Assembly (NCBI GenBank): GCA_963707985.1
Contig: CAVPRW010000014.1
Location: 64,001 to 128,000 of the forward strand
DNA from: an uncultured Nitrospinota bacterium
GTDB taxonomy: Bacteria; Tectomicrobia; Entotheonellia; J063; CAVPRW01
Direction: 5' to 3'
Length of the DNA stretch: 64,000 nucleotides
Of this stretch, positions 21,970 to 33,721 are shown piece after piece; the first letter of the stretch is position 1, and the number at the start of each line of letters is the position of its first letter. Made by a program: the position numbers and the translations under genes. Below the pieces are notes generated by a model. That model had not been told where the DNA came from. It did no database searches and worked only from the letters and a program-made list of their open reading frames with translations.

Positions 21970-24900
21970 GAACCGTGTCCTCCTCTCGTGTCCAGTTCCT
22001 GCACACCTTCCGAGCCCAGGTGCTACTGGCACTTGCCCTGATCGGTATTCTCCCCTTGGGACTGGTCGGGCTCACTGTCGCCGATCGTGACCGACGGACC
22101 CTGGAGCAGTATGCGGCCCGAGAGCTCACGGGGCTGGCACGGGGTCTAGCCGGGCAACTTGATATCTATCTAGACGAGCTGTTGAACAATGCACGCGCAA
22201 TGGCCTCCATGCCCGCCATTGTCAGTATGGATCCACCGCAGCAGGATATGGTTCTCAAGGAACTTTATCATCACTATCCCCGCATCGCGCGTCTGGGAAC
22301 ATTTGACGGCTTCGGGCAGCTGCTCGCCTCCTCAGATAACATGGAGGAAGCCCTCATTTCTCAGCAAGACACGCTGCACCGTGCCCTCACCCATGGGCGA
22401 CAGATGTGGACCTTAGCCGGCGATGCCGGGAGTGGGCGTTCGACACTGCTCCTTTATACTCCCATCCGAGATGACGAGCGTCTTGTCGTGGGGGTGGTGA
22501 GGCATTGTTGTCGATCTGGAAGATCTCTCCGCCGTCGTGGGCCGAGTGCCTATCGGTGGGGGTGGGCAGGCCTTCGTTCTGGATACCAGTGGGCACGTGC
22601 TGCTGCATCCCGACCGAGCGGCTGTGCAGGCACGTCGCAACTACAGCATGATTGGCGTCCCGACGGGAGGCCGACCGGCGGCCGCTGGCACGGTCCGATA
22701 TCGCTTGAATGGCGAGGGACACATCGCTGGCTATGCGCCAGTCCCGAACATTGGCTGGACTGTGGTCGTCGAGCGTCCGGAAGCGGAGGTCTTGATCCCA
22801 GCTCGACGGTCATGGAACTTGGCGCTCGCGGGGGTGGGAGTCAGTGCGGTATTGGCATTGGTGACAGCCGTCATCCTCGCACGTACACTGACGCGACCAG
22901 TGCAGGAGTTGGCCATGGCGGCGCAAGCTTTTGGTGCGGGGGATGCATCCGCGCCGCTGCCGACGTTAAAGTCAGACGCCAACGAGTTAGGCATCCTCGT
23001 CACCACGTTCGCTCGCATGCGTCAGGCGGTTGCCGAGAGGGAGGCAACCCTCCAGGCGCGCGCGTGCCAGCAAGCAGCGGTAGCCAAACTTGGTCAAGAG
23101 GCGCTGATGGGTGCTGATCTGTTAGCCTTGATGGAGAAAGGCGTGGCGCAGGTCATGGACACTTTGGACGTCGAGTATTGCGAGGTTTCTGAACTGCTTC
23201 ATGAGGCGCAAACGCTGCTTTTAAGGGCCGGAGCAGGTTGGCAAACAGGGTGCGTCGGGCATGAGACCATGGGGTTAGGCACGGCATCACTCGCCGGCTA
23301 CACCTTGCAGCTCAATGAACCGGTGATTGTGGAAGATCTTGGCCAGGAAAGGCGTTTTCGCATCCCCCCGTTGTTGCATAACCATCGTGTCATCAGCGCC
23401 ATGAGCGTCATCATTCATGGGCCGGGTCGGCCGTTCGGGGTATTGTGCGTACACAGCACCAGACAACAGATGTTCAGTGCGGATGATGTGCATTTCCTCC
23501 AAGCCATCGCCAATGTGCTAGGAGTCGCGCTCGAACGTCGAAGAGCGGAAGAGGCCCTGGGAGCAGAGGCGTCATTCCTGCGGGTTCAGACCGCGGTAGC
23601 CCAGGCCGCCCTGTCTACGCTGAACCCCAATCTTCTGGGGTCACGGCTCCTGGAAGTCATCGGCCAGACGCAGGGATATGCCCACGGACACCTCTTCCGC
23701 GTCAGGGAGGACGAGTCTGTCGCTGTTATCAGCGCCAGCTTTGGGGATAAATCCAAGCAATTTCTTGGCTTTCGCCAACCTATCAGCGACCAGCATTCTC
23801 TCACGGCCACGGCGATCCGGACCCGCCAGCCGATGTTCATCAATCGCCTCACATCGAGCTCTTTCAACAGGCATCCCATCGCGCAGACTCTGGGAGCCCA
23901 GGCGCTTCTGGTACTGCCCTTGATGCACCGCACAGGTCGGGTGATCGGCGCCCTATCGTTCGCCGATGTCGAAAACCCCAATCGCTTTTCAGATCGCGAC
24001 TTGGTCCAGGGCAACATCTTGACTGGACAAGTCGTCCAGGCCGTGGAGAATAGTGAGCTTTTCAGCGAGGTGCAGCGGCTCCAGGCAGAACACCGGGTGA
24101 TCACTGAGTCCCTCACCGATGCGGTCTATACCATTGATCTGGAAGGGCGTATCACCTTCGGGAATCCGGCCCTGGAATGCTTAACGGGCTTTGGACTTGA
24201 AGAATTACGCGGGCAACTGTCAACAGCGTTATACGGCTCCGATGCAGCGCTGACCTTCCCGAGCTGCCACATACGTGGGGCCGAAGGAGAACCACTGCCT
24301 CATGCCCTGGAAACCGAAGTCATTAGAAAGGACGGTGTGGGCGTTCCTGTCGAGCTCTCGATGGCCCCCCTGGTCCATGAGGGAGACATCATCGGGTACG
24401 TAGGCGTGGCGCGCAATATTGCTGAGCGCAAGCACCTGGAGGAGCAACTACGACAGGCGCAGAAAATGGAGGCGATTGGGCGGCTGGCGGGCGGGGTAGC
24501 GCATGATTTCAACAATCTTTTGATGGTGATCGCCGGTTATGGTGACCAGTTACGCCGTCGCCTGGGCTCTCACCACCACCTCTACAAGGCGGCGACGGAG
24601 ATCCAAGGTGCTATCGACAGGGCGGCAGGCTTGACAGGCCAGCTCCTGGCATTCAGCCGACGGCAGACGCTGCAGCCGAGAGTTTTAGACCTCAATGGCG
24701 TGGTGACCGAGATCGGTACAATGCTGCGGCGCCTGATCAGCGAGAATATCCGGCTGGTCATGCATCTCGATCCGGCCCTGGGCCGCGTCAACGCTGATCC
24801 GACTCAATTGGAACAGGTACTTCTGAACCTGGCCATCAACGCGCGTGATGCCATGCCACGCGGTGGGGTGCTGACGATCGAAACCGCCAACGTTGAATGG

Positions 24901-25587
24901 CAAGAGGCAGCCACGCAGCCGCTCAGTGCAACCCCACCACGGTGCTACATCATGCTCGCCGTAGGTGACACCGGCTGTGGCATGAATGTAGAAACACTGG
25001 CGCATATCTTCGAGCCGTTCTTCACCACCAAGGGTCCCGGCATCGGGACCGGATTGGGGCTAGCCACCGTTTATGGCATCATCACCCAGAGTGGGGGATC
25101 TATTGAAGTGAACAGCGCACCTGGGGAAGGGTCCACGTTCAGGATTTACTTACCACAAGTTGCCACATATCCGGAGACAGAAGTGACGGAGCGCCCTGCC
25201 ATGACTCTGCCGGCAGGCTCGGGAACCATCCTTGTCGTGGAAGACGAGGTGCAAGTGCGTGAGTTGGTGCAGGAGATCCTTCAGTCTGAAGGCTATACCG
25301 TGCTGACCGCGTCCGACGGTCATGAGGGCTTGCAGCTGTGCATCGCCTACGACGGGCCCATCGATCTCTTGCTGACCGATGTCGTCATGCCCGGATTGAG
25401 TGGTCCCGAGATGGCACAATGCATTCTGCCGATGCGCCCAACGATCAAGATTGTGTATATGTCAGGCTACGCAAGCGATGCCATAGGGGATCACGGAGTG
25501 CTGGCCCCAGGCACGGCCTTCCTCCAGAAGCCATATACGCCGGATATCCTGTTAAGGAAGGTGAGGGAAACGCTCGATACACCGTGA
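21966..25587 (+). CDS. Hybrid sensor histidine kinase, Cache-HAMP-GAF-GAF-PAS-HisKA-HATPase-REC (frameshift near 22500)
   Basis: Removing one A at ~22500 joins the N-terminal TM/Cache region to ORF 22537..25587. Motifs QKMEAIGRLAGGVAHDFNNLL, NARDAM, FEPFFTTK and DLLLTDVVMP. Confidence 0.9.
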
Positions 25588-26086
25588 CCCTGCCTGATTC
25601 AGGTGCGATGTTCATCCTCGTGGGTGGGAAGTCGATCCTGTCCTGTCAGCACATCATCATCCTGCACGCCATGGCCCTTCCCTACACTCTCGAAACCATA
25701 CCCATGTGTAGCGTCGCCGGTCCTCCAGGTGGAGGCACGAAGTGTGTGGGTATCCGTTCTGATGCGGGTGCCGCCCCAAGACATTTTAGCGGTGAGATCC
25801 AGACTGAAATAAGCGTTGATAGTTGAGGGCCAGCACAAGCAATCGTGCCCTGGATGCGAAGAGGCCGGACACTGGCATGGGCTGCAGGCAATTACACTTG
25901 ACAAAGAGCGGCGGCTAAGGTACTCACAGAGAATATTTATCTCCTCTTCATGAGGAGCGTGCAGCGGGTTGCTCTTCACCATCACTCTTGCAGTGCGCGC
26001 AAGGCAGCACCGCGATAGTGGATCGTGACTGCCCATGCGGTTGGCAGGGGCAATGCGAAGGCAGTGCCCACAGGAGGGTGGATGCC

Positions 26087-26338
26087 ATGCCACTGTATAT
26101 GGATATCCACCGCAATGCGGTGGGGTTGACCGATGAAGTCGCCGCGGCTGCCCATCAGAAGGACCTGGAGGTGCAGCATAAACACGGCGTCCGGTACCTG
26201 AGCTATTGGTATGACAAAGATCTGGGTAAGGTCTTCTGTCTGGTGGATGCCCCGAGCAAAGAAGCGGCCGCCGCGGTGCATCGTGAAGCCCATGGGAATG
26301 TCGCGGACGAGATTTTCGAGGTCAAGCAAGGCGACTAA
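26087..26338 (+). CDS. DUF4242 (SCO4226-like) small metal-binding protein
   Basis: MPLYMDIH...AHQKDL..Q..HGVRYLSYWYD...GKVFCLVDAP..EAAAAVHREAHG. AGGAGG upstream. Confidence 0.88.
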   Translation: MPLYMDIHRNAVGLTDEVAAAAHQKDLEVQHKHGVRYLSYWYDKDLGKVFCLVDAPSKEAAAAVHREAHGNVADEIFEVKQGD

Positions 26339-26361
26339 TCCACAGGTCGGCAGGGGCACCC

Positions 26362-29300
26362 ATGCAATGTCCGCAGTGCCATTATGATGCCCCGGGTGAC
26401 GCCGCGTATTGTCCCACGTGTGGCAACAAGCTGACGCTTCTCTGCTCGCAGTGTCGGACCGGGAATGCCCCCGACCATAAATTCTGCAAGCAATGCGGTC
26501 AGCCACTCGTGGCTCCCTCGGCCCCTATACCAGCTGGAGTAACATCCGCTTCACCCCAGTCCTATACCCCCCGATATCTGGCCGACAAGATCCTGACCTC
26601 CCGCGGCGCCCTGGAGGGCGAGCGTAAAGAGGTGACCGTCCTCTTCTGTGACGTCGTGGAGTCGTCGCGGCTGGCCGAGCGTTTGGATCCCGAAGCGATG
26701 CACCGGATCATGGACCAGGCCCTGCGGCTGATGGCTGAAGCCATCCATCGCTATGAGGGGACGGTGAATCAGTTCCTGGGAGACGGCCTAATGGCTCTTT
26801 TTGGGGCCCCCGTGGCCCTCGAAGACCATGCTCTCCGGGCGGTCATGGCGGCCTTGATGATCCAGGAAACGATCAACGCCTATAACGAGCAACTCAAATC
26901 CGAGCGCGACGTGGAGATTCGCCTGCGCCTGGGCCTGAATACTGGCCTGGTGGTGGTAGGCCGCATCGGCGATGACCTGCGCATGGATTATACCGCCGTC
27001 GGCGACACCACCAACGTCGCCGCTCGTCTGCAAAGCCTGGCTGAGCCTGGGACGATTCTCATCGGGGAGGCCACCCAGCGGCTGGTGGAAGGATACATCC
27101 ATAACGCCGCGCAAGGGCCGGTTCAGGTCAAAGGGCGAACCGAGGCGGTCCAGGTGTATGAGGTGACCGGCCGGCGGCGGAGACGCAGCCGCCTGGAGGT
27201 TAGTATCGAGAGAGGGCTCACGCCCCTGGTGGGACGCGAGCGAGAGCTCAACCTCCTGCACGACTGCCTGACACGTGCCAAGGCCGGGCGCGGACAGGTG
27301 GTGGGCATTGGTGGTGAGCCAGGCATCGGGAAGTCTCGTCTCCTGTATGAGTTCCGCAAGACCCTTCAAGAGGAGCGCATCATCTGGCTGGAAGGCCACT
27401 GTGTGGCCCAAGGCCAAAACACCCCGTATCTGCCGATCCTGGAGATCCTGCGGACGAATTTTCAAATCGAAGATGGAGATACCTCGCTGCAGCTTCGGGA
27501 GAAGCTGCGCCGCGGCATCCGCCACCTCGATGCCAGTCTCGAAGGGTTCCTTCCCTACTTGGACGAGCTCTTCGGTCTCCCTGTCGAGGATGAGCTCCTG
27601 ACGCAACTGCATCCGCACCTCAAGCAGTGGAAAACGTTCGAGGCCCTGCAGGCGCTGACGATGGCTGGAAGCCAGCGCAGCCCGCACGTCATCGTGATCG
27701 AAGATCTCCACTGGCTGGACAAGACCTCCGAGGAGTATCTCACGTTTCTCATCGAAAGCCTGGCTGGCACACCCGTACTGCTGCTGACCACCTATCGTCC
27801 GGGGTACGCCGTGCGCTGGGCTGCCAAGACCTACTATACGCAAATCGCTCTCGACCACTTGACTCGACAGGCGGTTGAAGAACTGCTGCAGGCTCTCCTC
27901 GGAGCCGATGGAGCCGATCACCGGATAGCTCCGCTCAAGCAGCTCTTGATGGAGCGCACCGAGGGCAACCCCTTCTTCCTGGAGGAGAGCGTCCGGATGC
28001 TGGCCGAGAGCCTGGTTCTAGCCGGTGTCCGGGGTGCCTATCACCTGGTGAAACCGTTCCAGACGATTCAGGTGCCAGCCACCGTCCAGGCGGTGCTCGC
28101 CGCGCGCATCGATCGCCTCCCTGCCGAGGACAAGCACTTGCTGCAAACTGCTGCAGTCATCGGCAAACAAACTGCCTCTGGCGCTGCTCCAGGCGGTGGT
28201 TGACCAACCCGGGACGCGCTGCGGCGAGGATTGGCTCATCTCCAGGCCGCCGAGTTCTGTATGACAGGGGCCTATTCCCCGACGTGCAATACGCGTTCAC
28301 GCACACCCTCACCCATGAAGTCGCCTATGGCAGCCTCCTGCAAGAGCGGCGACGGGTCCTGCATGCGCGCATCATCGAGGCTATTGAAACAGTTGTATGC
28401 CGATCGGCTCGCCGATTGGCGGGACCACCTCGCACATCATGTGGTGCGAGGCGAAGTGTGGAGTAAAGCCCCCGCCTATTTCCGTCAGGCCCTTGTGAGC
28501 TCATTCCCGGCCAGCATGGACTCGTCGTTCTGGTGGAGAGGCGAGCATGAGCGGGCTGTCGAACTGGGCCAGCGTGACCTCCCCATCTTTGCTGAATTCA
28601 AGAACTTCGCGTTTCAAGTCATGACGCATTTTGTCTTAGGCCAGTCCTACCACGCTCTCGGTGATTGTCCGCGAGCGATCGATTTCCTTCTGCAGAATAT
28701 CGCCTCTCTCGATGGCGACTTGCAATGCGAATGTTTCGATATGCCCGGTCTGGCGTCGGTGCTCTCGCGTGCCTGGTTGGTGTGGTGCCTCACCGAGCAA
28801 GGCGGGTTCGGCGAAGGTTTGACCTATGGCGAAGAAGCCGTAAAGCTCGCCGAGCGCGTCGATTACCCATACAGTCTCATCGTCGCGTACCTCGGTCTCG
28901 GCGTTGTGCATCTTCAACAAGGCGAGCTTCAGAGGGCCATCGCGGTGCTCGAACGCGGGGTGACCCTGAGCCAGGCTGAGAGCCTCCCGCAGTTGTTTCC
29001 CCTGATCGCTGCACCGTTGGGGGCCTCGTATGCCCTGGCGGGTCGGGTCGCCGAGGCCGTGCTGCTGCTGAAGGAGGCCGTCGAGAGGGCAGCGGGGATG
29101 AACTTCATAGGTATCCAGTCCCGCCGGCTCGCCTGGTTGGGCGAGGCCTATCTGCTCGCCGGCCGCATCGATGAGGCCATGCCTCTCGCTATGCGCGCGC
29201 TCGATCTCGCCCGTGCCCACAAGGAACGCGGCCATGAGGCCTGGAGCCTGCGCCTCCTCGGCGAGGTCCATGGACAGCAACACCCGCCCGCCCTCGAGCC

Positions 29301-29523
29301 GGCCGAGGCTGTCTACCGACAAGCGCTGGCTTTAGCTGCCGCACTTGGGATGGCACCGCTCCAGGCCCACAGCCACCTCGGACTTGGCAGGCTGTACGCC
29401 CGAAGCGGACGACTGCAGGAGGCCCGCGCCGAACTATTCGCCGCCGTCGACCTCTTGCACACCATGGAGATGAGACATTGGTTGCCTTCGGCAGAGACGG
29501 CACTGGCGCAGGTCCTCACCTAG
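26362..29523 (+). CDS. Double zinc ribbon - class III adenylate/guanylate cyclase - AAA ATPase - TPR protein (four frameshifts, 28170-28392)
   Basis: Four CxxC motifs, ERKEVTVLFCD, FLGDGLMALFG, GDTTNVAARLQ, GEPGIGKSRL, EDLHWLD, YAFTHTLTHEVAY and a TPR-like tail. The frame can be followed through four single-base indels. Confidence 0.88.
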
Positions 29524-30708
29524 CTATCCCCAGCGCGGTTGCTCATCCGGATTGATCCCCAGCGCCGTCTTGGCCACGAATTCGTGCGTCAAGAACGAGT
29601 TGGCTGGGTGAATCCGGCCAAGTCGTGCATCGCGGAACAGACGTTCCAACCCAGCCACCTTGAAAATCCCGAAGCCACCGGCCAGCTCCATGGCGTGTCG
29701 ACGATCCGCCAGGCTCCCTCGACTACCCGATACTTGGCCGCAACGATCTTGGCGCCCCAGGCGTGGCCGTAATCGACCCCATGAGACCAATCTGCGACGA
29801 CCTTGTCGAGATGGGGACCGATCGACTCCATTTCGATGACCATCTCCGCTACCGCATGCTGCACCTCGGCGTGATAGGCCATGGAACGCGACAGGCCGAT
29901 GGAGGTTTTCTTCTTGATGTTGTCGATGGTCCAGTCCAGAGCGCGTTGCGCCAGGCCATAGTATACGGTGGCGAAGCCCAGGACCCCCCAGGCAAATACG
30001 CCCAGCACAAAATGGTCGATCCCCGCCGCCCCCGCTGACACCACGCGGCCGATGTATTTATCAGGCACAAACGCCCCCTCCAGGACGGTGTCGTCGCTGC
30101 GGGTGCCACGCATACCCGAGGACGTCCCAGGTTTCCTTGATAGAATAACCTTTGGTGTCGCGGGGCATGAAGGCGTGGATGATTTTGGGAGCGGCGGGAT
30201 CGCTGCTGTCCATGGCGTGCAGACCCAGACGTGTCCATACCGGCGTCAAGCTGCCGAAGCTCTTGCGACCGGTGAAGCGGTATCCCCCATTCACCCGCTC
30301 GGCTTTCGTCGTGGAAAGCAAGAGTGGCAGATCGTTGCCGCTCTCGGCGTGGCCCGCCGCAAATACCTCGCCGGCCGCGGCTTCGGCCAGGAGCCATTCC
30401 AGGGATTTATCTCCGGCGCGCCAGAGGTCGGCGGCAACGCCGGTCCAATACAGGTGCATGTTCAGCCCCAGGGCAGTGGCGGGGGCATGATAGGCGAGTC
30501 GCCGTTGCTCCTGAGAGACCTCGGCGAGGGACATGCCAAAGCCCCCCAGTTCCTTCGGTACCGCTAAGAGGAGGTAGCGAGCCGCGCGCAGTTCCTCAAA
30601 ATCTTCGCTGAAGAATCGATTCTCACGATCATAGATGGGAGCGCGTTCTGCGCAGTGAGCCAGAATTTCCTCGGAAAGTGGCGATTGCCCTGTCGTTGTC
30701 ACGCACAT
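29524..30708 (-). CDS. Acyl-CoA dehydrogenase family flavoprotein (frameshifts near 30117 and 29695)
   Basis: Motifs YDRENRFF, GRKSFGSLTPVW, WDVLG/MRGTRSDD and LERLFRDARLG across three joined ORFs. Confidence 0.88.
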
Positions 30709-31221
30709 CCTCCTTTCAATAATGCCCGCATGAAGCAGGGGTGGATGATTGGGTTAGTCGCAAGTGCAGTCTAACCGGCTCTGATAGCCCATTTCGGCAC
30801 AGGCCAGGCATAAGGGCACGACTCAGGCAATGATGATACCATTGCCATCTCTTAGGTGCAAGTATCTGAAAATATGATAATTATTGATATTCAGGTAGGA
30901 AAGAGTCATCGGCCGCGGATGGGCATACCCGTACAGTGATGCACGGGTTGGAGAGAGGGAAGCACCGCGTGGCTTGCAAATTCGAGGTGATCCGTTCGCT
31001 GTGCAGGTGAACACAGGCTGGTTATTTCTGCACAGCGGAGCTTGACGATCATTCCAGGCAATAACGCACGCCCGCGCTTGCAGCAGCGTCCCGTTATGCT
31101 CTAATATGGCTCCGATGCGGGCACGGCCGGCCGAGATGGCGCTCTCAGCCCCGGCACTCAATACACCTCAGGCGCTTTGAGCTCATCGGGCGTTGGTCTA
31201 AGGCAGCACCGAGTCCACACT

Positions 31222-32457
31222 ATGGCAGATCCACTGTCCTCACCCAAGGAACTCTCCCCGGCATTGTATCGTTATCTGATCATACTCATCGGCTTCGTCA
31301 CCCTGGCTGGAGCCAGCGGGGTTTCCAGCTCCTTTTCAGTCTTCTACAGTGCCCTACTGCAGGAGTTCGACTGGAGCCATGCCGGAGGTGCCAGCGTCTA
31401 CTCGGTCAACCAACTCGTACTTGCCGCCAGCGCCCCGTTGATGGGAGGATTGCTGGACCGTTTTGGCCCGCGCTGGTTATTCCCAGGCGCCGCGACGTTG
31501 GTAGGCGTGGCCTGGATGGCGTGTGGCACACTGAACACGCTGGGACAGTTCATGCTGTTCTATGGTGTGTTGAGTGCCCTGGGGCAAACGGCGCTGTCCC
31601 TGGCCATGGTGGTGGTGTCGCGCTGGTTTCAACAGACCCACCGCGGCCGCGCCATCGGGCTGGCGGACGTCGGCACGGGATGCGGCCACGTGCTCTTCGT
31701 CCCTGGTGCCGCCTGGTTGATCACCACGGTTGGCTGGCGCTGGGCCTTCATCATCGTCGGCGCCACGGTGCTCGCGGTGTTGGTTCCGCTCAATCTGCTG
31801 CATCGGCCGACGCCAGTGCTGGGTGCACCCAGTCTGAGCGCCACCACGCTTCGCGGAGCGTTACGGACCAGAGCCCTATGGATGCTCTGTCTGGCACATC
31901 TCTGCATGACCATCACCATGACGATGGTCAATGTGCATCTTGTCAACTTCCTGGTTGGTACCGGTACGTTACAGATCCTCGGCGCTTCGACGGTATTCAG
32001 CGCCTTGAGCCTGGTCAGTCTAGGAGGAAGAATGTTTTTTGGGTGGTTGGCCGACCAGCTGAAAGGCGAGGGAGCGTTTACGGTGGCTTTGAGCTGCACC
32101 ATGACGGGCTATGTGATGCTCTTGCTGCTCGGAGCACTGGAGACCCGCTGGCCATTGTATGCCTTTATCGTCAGCTATGGCTTTGCGCAGGGCGCTGGAG
32201 GGATTGCCATCGCTGCCAAAACGGTCGAGGTGTTTCATGGTCCCCGTCTGGGCTCGATCTTCATGGTGGTAATACTGAGCGGCAATGTAGGAGCCGCCTT
32301 TGGCGCCTGGATCGGTGGGCGCTTCTTCGATCTCACCGGCAGTTACGCGCTCACCTTCGCCACCGCCATTGTTAGCGGCCTACTCGCTATCGGCTGTATG
32401 TGGGCTGGTCGCGGCCGCTCGCCAGTTCCCTCTCCTTCCGGGGACTTTGCACCATAA
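31222..32457 (+). CDS. MFS transporter (OFA/MCT-like)
   Basis: About 12 TM segments, motif A GLLDRFGPR, SRWF...RGRAIG, GWLADQL and FDLTGSY. Confidence 0.92.
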   Translation: MADPLSSPKELSPALYRYLIILIGFVTLAGASGVSSSFSVFYSALLQEFDWSHAGGASVYSVNQLVLAASAPLMGGLLDRFGPRWLFPGAATLVGVAWMACGTLNTLGQFMLFYGVLSALGQTALSLAMVVVSRWFQQTHRGRAIGLADVGTGCGHVLFVPGAAWLITTVGWRWAFIIVGATVLAVLVPLNLLHRPTPVLGAPSLSATTLRGALRTRALWMLCLAHLCMTITMTMVNVHLVNFLVGTGTLQILGASTVFSALSLVSLGGRMFFGWLADQLKGEGAFTVALSCTMTGYVMLLLLGALETRWPLYAFIVSYGFAQGAGGIAIAAKTVEVFHGPRLGSIFMVVILSGNVGAAFGAWIGGRFFDLTGSYALTFATAIVSGLLAIGCMWAGRGRSPVPSPSGDFAP

Positions 32458-32460
32458 CCC

Positions 32461-32688
32461 CACTTTCGCCAGAAGATCCTGGGGCACTCTCACAAGCGCT
32501 CCAACGTTGATATGATCAAGGCAAAGTTTCGCCATCACGTGCGGAGCAAGACGGACATCGCCATGACGAATGCGGTGCTCTGTACCATTCTTTGCCACCA
32601 TATTTGTTGCTTAATCCAGGCCATGTACGAATTGGGGATTGAGCCAACCTTTTGGCAGGAGTACAATGGGGGCTTGACACGTGCGTAA
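32461..32688 (+). pseudogene. C-terminal remnant of an IS4/IS5-superfamily DDE transposase
   Basis: Frame absent from the ORF track reads HSHKRSNVDMIKAKFRHHVRSKTDIAMTNAVLCTILCHHICCLIQAMYELGIEPTFW*. This resembles a Y-HKRSNVE-xxFSMIK-KF...HN transposase C-terminus with the catalytic Glu region deleted. Confidence 0.7.
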
Positions 32689-33176
32689 TCGATCTGTTCA
32701 ACCTCGGAAGCTTATCTACATCAGTCCACACGAGATTGGGACACTCTGGTTCTCCGACAGATTCGGCCGTAGTGGGGACGCCGCAATCCGCGTGTACGAA
32801 TGTTGGGTAGTTCGATTTAGGACTCATCATGATCTATGATCCTCCTGTAGATAAGGTAACGGCGTTTCCAACGAGTGGGTCGTGAGAGATGAATCGCTGT
32901 GGCCTGTGCTGCGGCAGTCACGCTTCCCGTCTCTACGAGAGACGTACGGTACAGCGCTTGTCGTGCGGCACGGAGTTCAGGTCGTGCACCCATGCATAGC
33001 AGTCCGCTATAGCATGTCACTCTGGGGCAAGCTGGTCGTCTTCATTTCGTGAGTCCTGTTGACGCCGACAAGCGCTCTAGCACTTCGCAGGTCTTTTTGT
33101 ACAGCAGCGCCACTTGTCCAACACGTCACGCAGAGTTAAGGGTCTTTACGCCGATCCCACGCGAGAGGAAGGCTCC

Positions 33177-33554
33177 ATGGACATGGATCAGGCAGGGCTC
33201 GAGAGCGAGGAAATACAGCGTCAGCAGGCCGAAGTGGCACGTGAACAGGCAGAACGGCGCCGGGAAGAAGCTGAGAACATCCGGCAGGCGCGAGAGGATA
33301 TGAGGCAATATGCGGAAGCGCTCCGGCAAACGGCTGAGTCCCTGCGGCGGGAGCAGGAAAGTGCCCGGCAAACGGCTGAGGAGATGCGCCAGATAGCCGA
33401 TGGCCTACGCCGCACCGCCGAGCAGGCGGCGGAAATCTTTCGCCAGGCGACCCAAGAGCAGGCACGGATCCTCGCCGAAATGCAGCAGACGATCCAAATG
33501 TCGCACCAGATGGAACCACGCTACAACGCTCCTACGAGGGAGCAGCAAAGTTGA
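33177..33554 (+). CDS. Small coiled-coil protein with R-Q/R-x-A-E heptad repeats
   Basis: GAGGAAGG Shine-Dalgarno. Repeats RQQAEVA REQAERR REEAENI RQAREDM RQYAEAL RQTAESL RREQESA RQTAEEM RQIADGL RRTAEQA. Confidence 0.7.
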   Translation: MDMDQAGLESEEIQRQQAEVAREQAERRREEAENIRQAREDMRQYAEALRQTAESLRREQESARQTAEEMRQIADGLRRTAEQAAEIFRQATQEQARILAEMQQTIQMSHQMEPRYNAPTREQQS

Positions 33555-33609
33555 GAGGAACGTCTTGATCCTCACGTGTACAGGGTCTGTTTTTGTGCAG
33601 AATCATCAC

Positions 33610-33682
33610 TTGCACAACAAGTCCCAAGATGTTTGGGAGTTATTGTGCAAAGCCCCCTCCAAGAGAGGGTCAGGGTGAGGGA
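33610..33682. repeat. Palindromic element plus REP-like half repeat between convergent genes
   Basis: TTGCACAACAAGTCCCAA-GATGT-TTGGGAGTTATTGTGCAA hairpin, followed by CCCCCTCCAAGAGAGGGTCAGGGTGAGGG (same family as 45719-45925). Confidence 0.55.
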
Positions 33683-33721
33683 GCACAGCGTTCAGAGAGT
33701 GTTTCTGCTGGCCTGAGGCTT

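Noticed and set aside
21966..23117. Separate 383-aa Cache protein
   Set aside because: Its C-terminal half is out-of-frame read-through. A one-base correction joins it to the kinase.
25587..26086. Small ORFs and a TTGACA promoter between the kinase and DUF4242
   Set aside because: No recognisable protein, and the -10 at 17 bp (TACTCA) is a poor match.
28141..28400. Programmed frameshifting in the cyclase gene
   Set aside because: Four indels of mixed sign within 250 bp and no slippery site with a stimulator. A local low-quality consensus is more likely.
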